Part shown: in pieces, positions 28,333 through 29,148 of the stretch
Position numbering within the stretch: position 1 is the stretch's first letter
Layout of the letters: the number at the start of each line of letters is the position of its first letter
Source of the DNA: Candidatus Methylomirabilota bacterium
GTDB taxonomy: Bacteria > Methylomirabilota > Methylomirabilia > Rokubacteriales > CSP1-6
Assembly (NCBI GenBank): GCA_046726415.1
Contig: JBKPAK010000348.1
Span: 1-29,148, forward strand
DNA length: 29,148 nt
Direction of reading: 5' to 3'
Made by a program: the position numbers and the translations under genes
The notes under the pieces: model-generated
The model's database searches: none
What the model saw: only the letters and a program-made list of their open reading frames with translations
What the model was told of the DNA's origin: nothing

Positions 28333-28837
28333 GCTCACGAGGCACCGCTAGAAGGGGAGCCGGAAAAGCGATGACGGACGGAGCGGTCACTGAGCGGCGG
28401 CGGCAGAAGGTCCACGAGCGGATCGCGGCGGGAATTCTGCGGGCGAAGCTGGACGAAGAGTCCCCTACGTGGACACCAACCCGTACATCGTGGGCATGGT
28501 GACCGCCACGTGCCACTACTGCGGTGAGCCCATCGGCGCGGATGGTGCCTTACTCATCTGGGATACCGCTACGGGCCATGCCGAGTGCGAGGAGACCTGG
28601 CGCGATCTCGCGACCGGAGAACGCGGGGACAAGGACCCATGATCCGGCTGCGCTTGCCTCTGGCCATCCCGCCGAGCCGGGGGCGTGAGGGCGCGGCGGA
28701 AGGCGGAGCTGGAGAGTTCCTGGAGTGAAGCAAACGCGACAGCCGTCTGTGAAGGTGGAGACGCAGCAGGTTTACGTCCCGATGGAGGAGTGGAATAGCG
28801 ACGACGTCCGGAAGCGGCTTGAGGCCCAGTGGCACCG

Positions 28838-29148
28838 CCCTCGTACTTCGTGGACGAGTCGAAGCTCCCGTTCGCGGCGCTGCCAGGAGCGACCGCCTTC
28901 TGGGGCGTCCACACGGGTGCGGGCTTCCGGGCCGAGGTCCCGGACGACTGGAGGGCCCACGGCTTCCGGGGCACGGGTCTCGAGCTCACCGTCGACAACC
29001 ATCCCCCGCGCGCCCTCCTGATCCCCTGGGCTTCGCCTGGGCGGCCTCAAGCTACAGCAGAAACGACTACGACATCACCTCCGCCGTGCAGACCACGCAC
29101 GCGCTCGTGAAGCACCTGAACGCCGTGGTGGGCAAGCCCGAGCGCGTC
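28838..29148 (+). pseudogene. Degraded fragment of a secreted alpha/beta hydrolase, running off the window
   Basis: GAGFRAEVPDDW(gap)AHGFRGTGLELTVD, a frame change, then GFAWAASSYSRNDYD and HALVKHLNAVVGKPERV. Confidence 0.6.

Noticed and set aside
28370..28830. Small Cys/His-containing peptide fragments after bfr
   Set aside because: Broken frames that are too short to assign.

Overview
GC-rich bacterial accessory region. The gene and IS repertoire resembles Rokubacteria/Methylomirabilota, but that is inference only. The left 11 kb and right 3.7 kb are a graveyard of nested mobile-element remnants (IS91/ISCR, IS3, rve-integrase IS, DUF222-HNH, two IS256, a terminase fragment) and frameshifted genes, with an intact serine hydrolase on the left and an intact bacterioferritin-like gene on the right. 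The core (11.8-25.3 kb) is largely intact: an MFS transporter, a branched-chain-type ABC operon with an M29-like protein and an LLM oxidoreductase, a TGT...ACA IS, and an Hsp20-Hsp20-DnaJ-like cluster. Two signals stand out. (1) A ~1.9 kb candidate mobile element (13224-15111) with one 539-aa protein (Rep_trans-like motifs plus a C-terminal wHTH), a heavily structured ~230-nt leader whose stem hides the RBS and start codon, and a dif/Xer-like site after the stop. (2) An identical 67-bp non-coding unit at 1499 and 11235 that ends in an IS91/ISCR oriIS-like motif; two more copies of that motif sit at rearrangement junctions. All family calls come from motif recognition by eye; no database searches were run.
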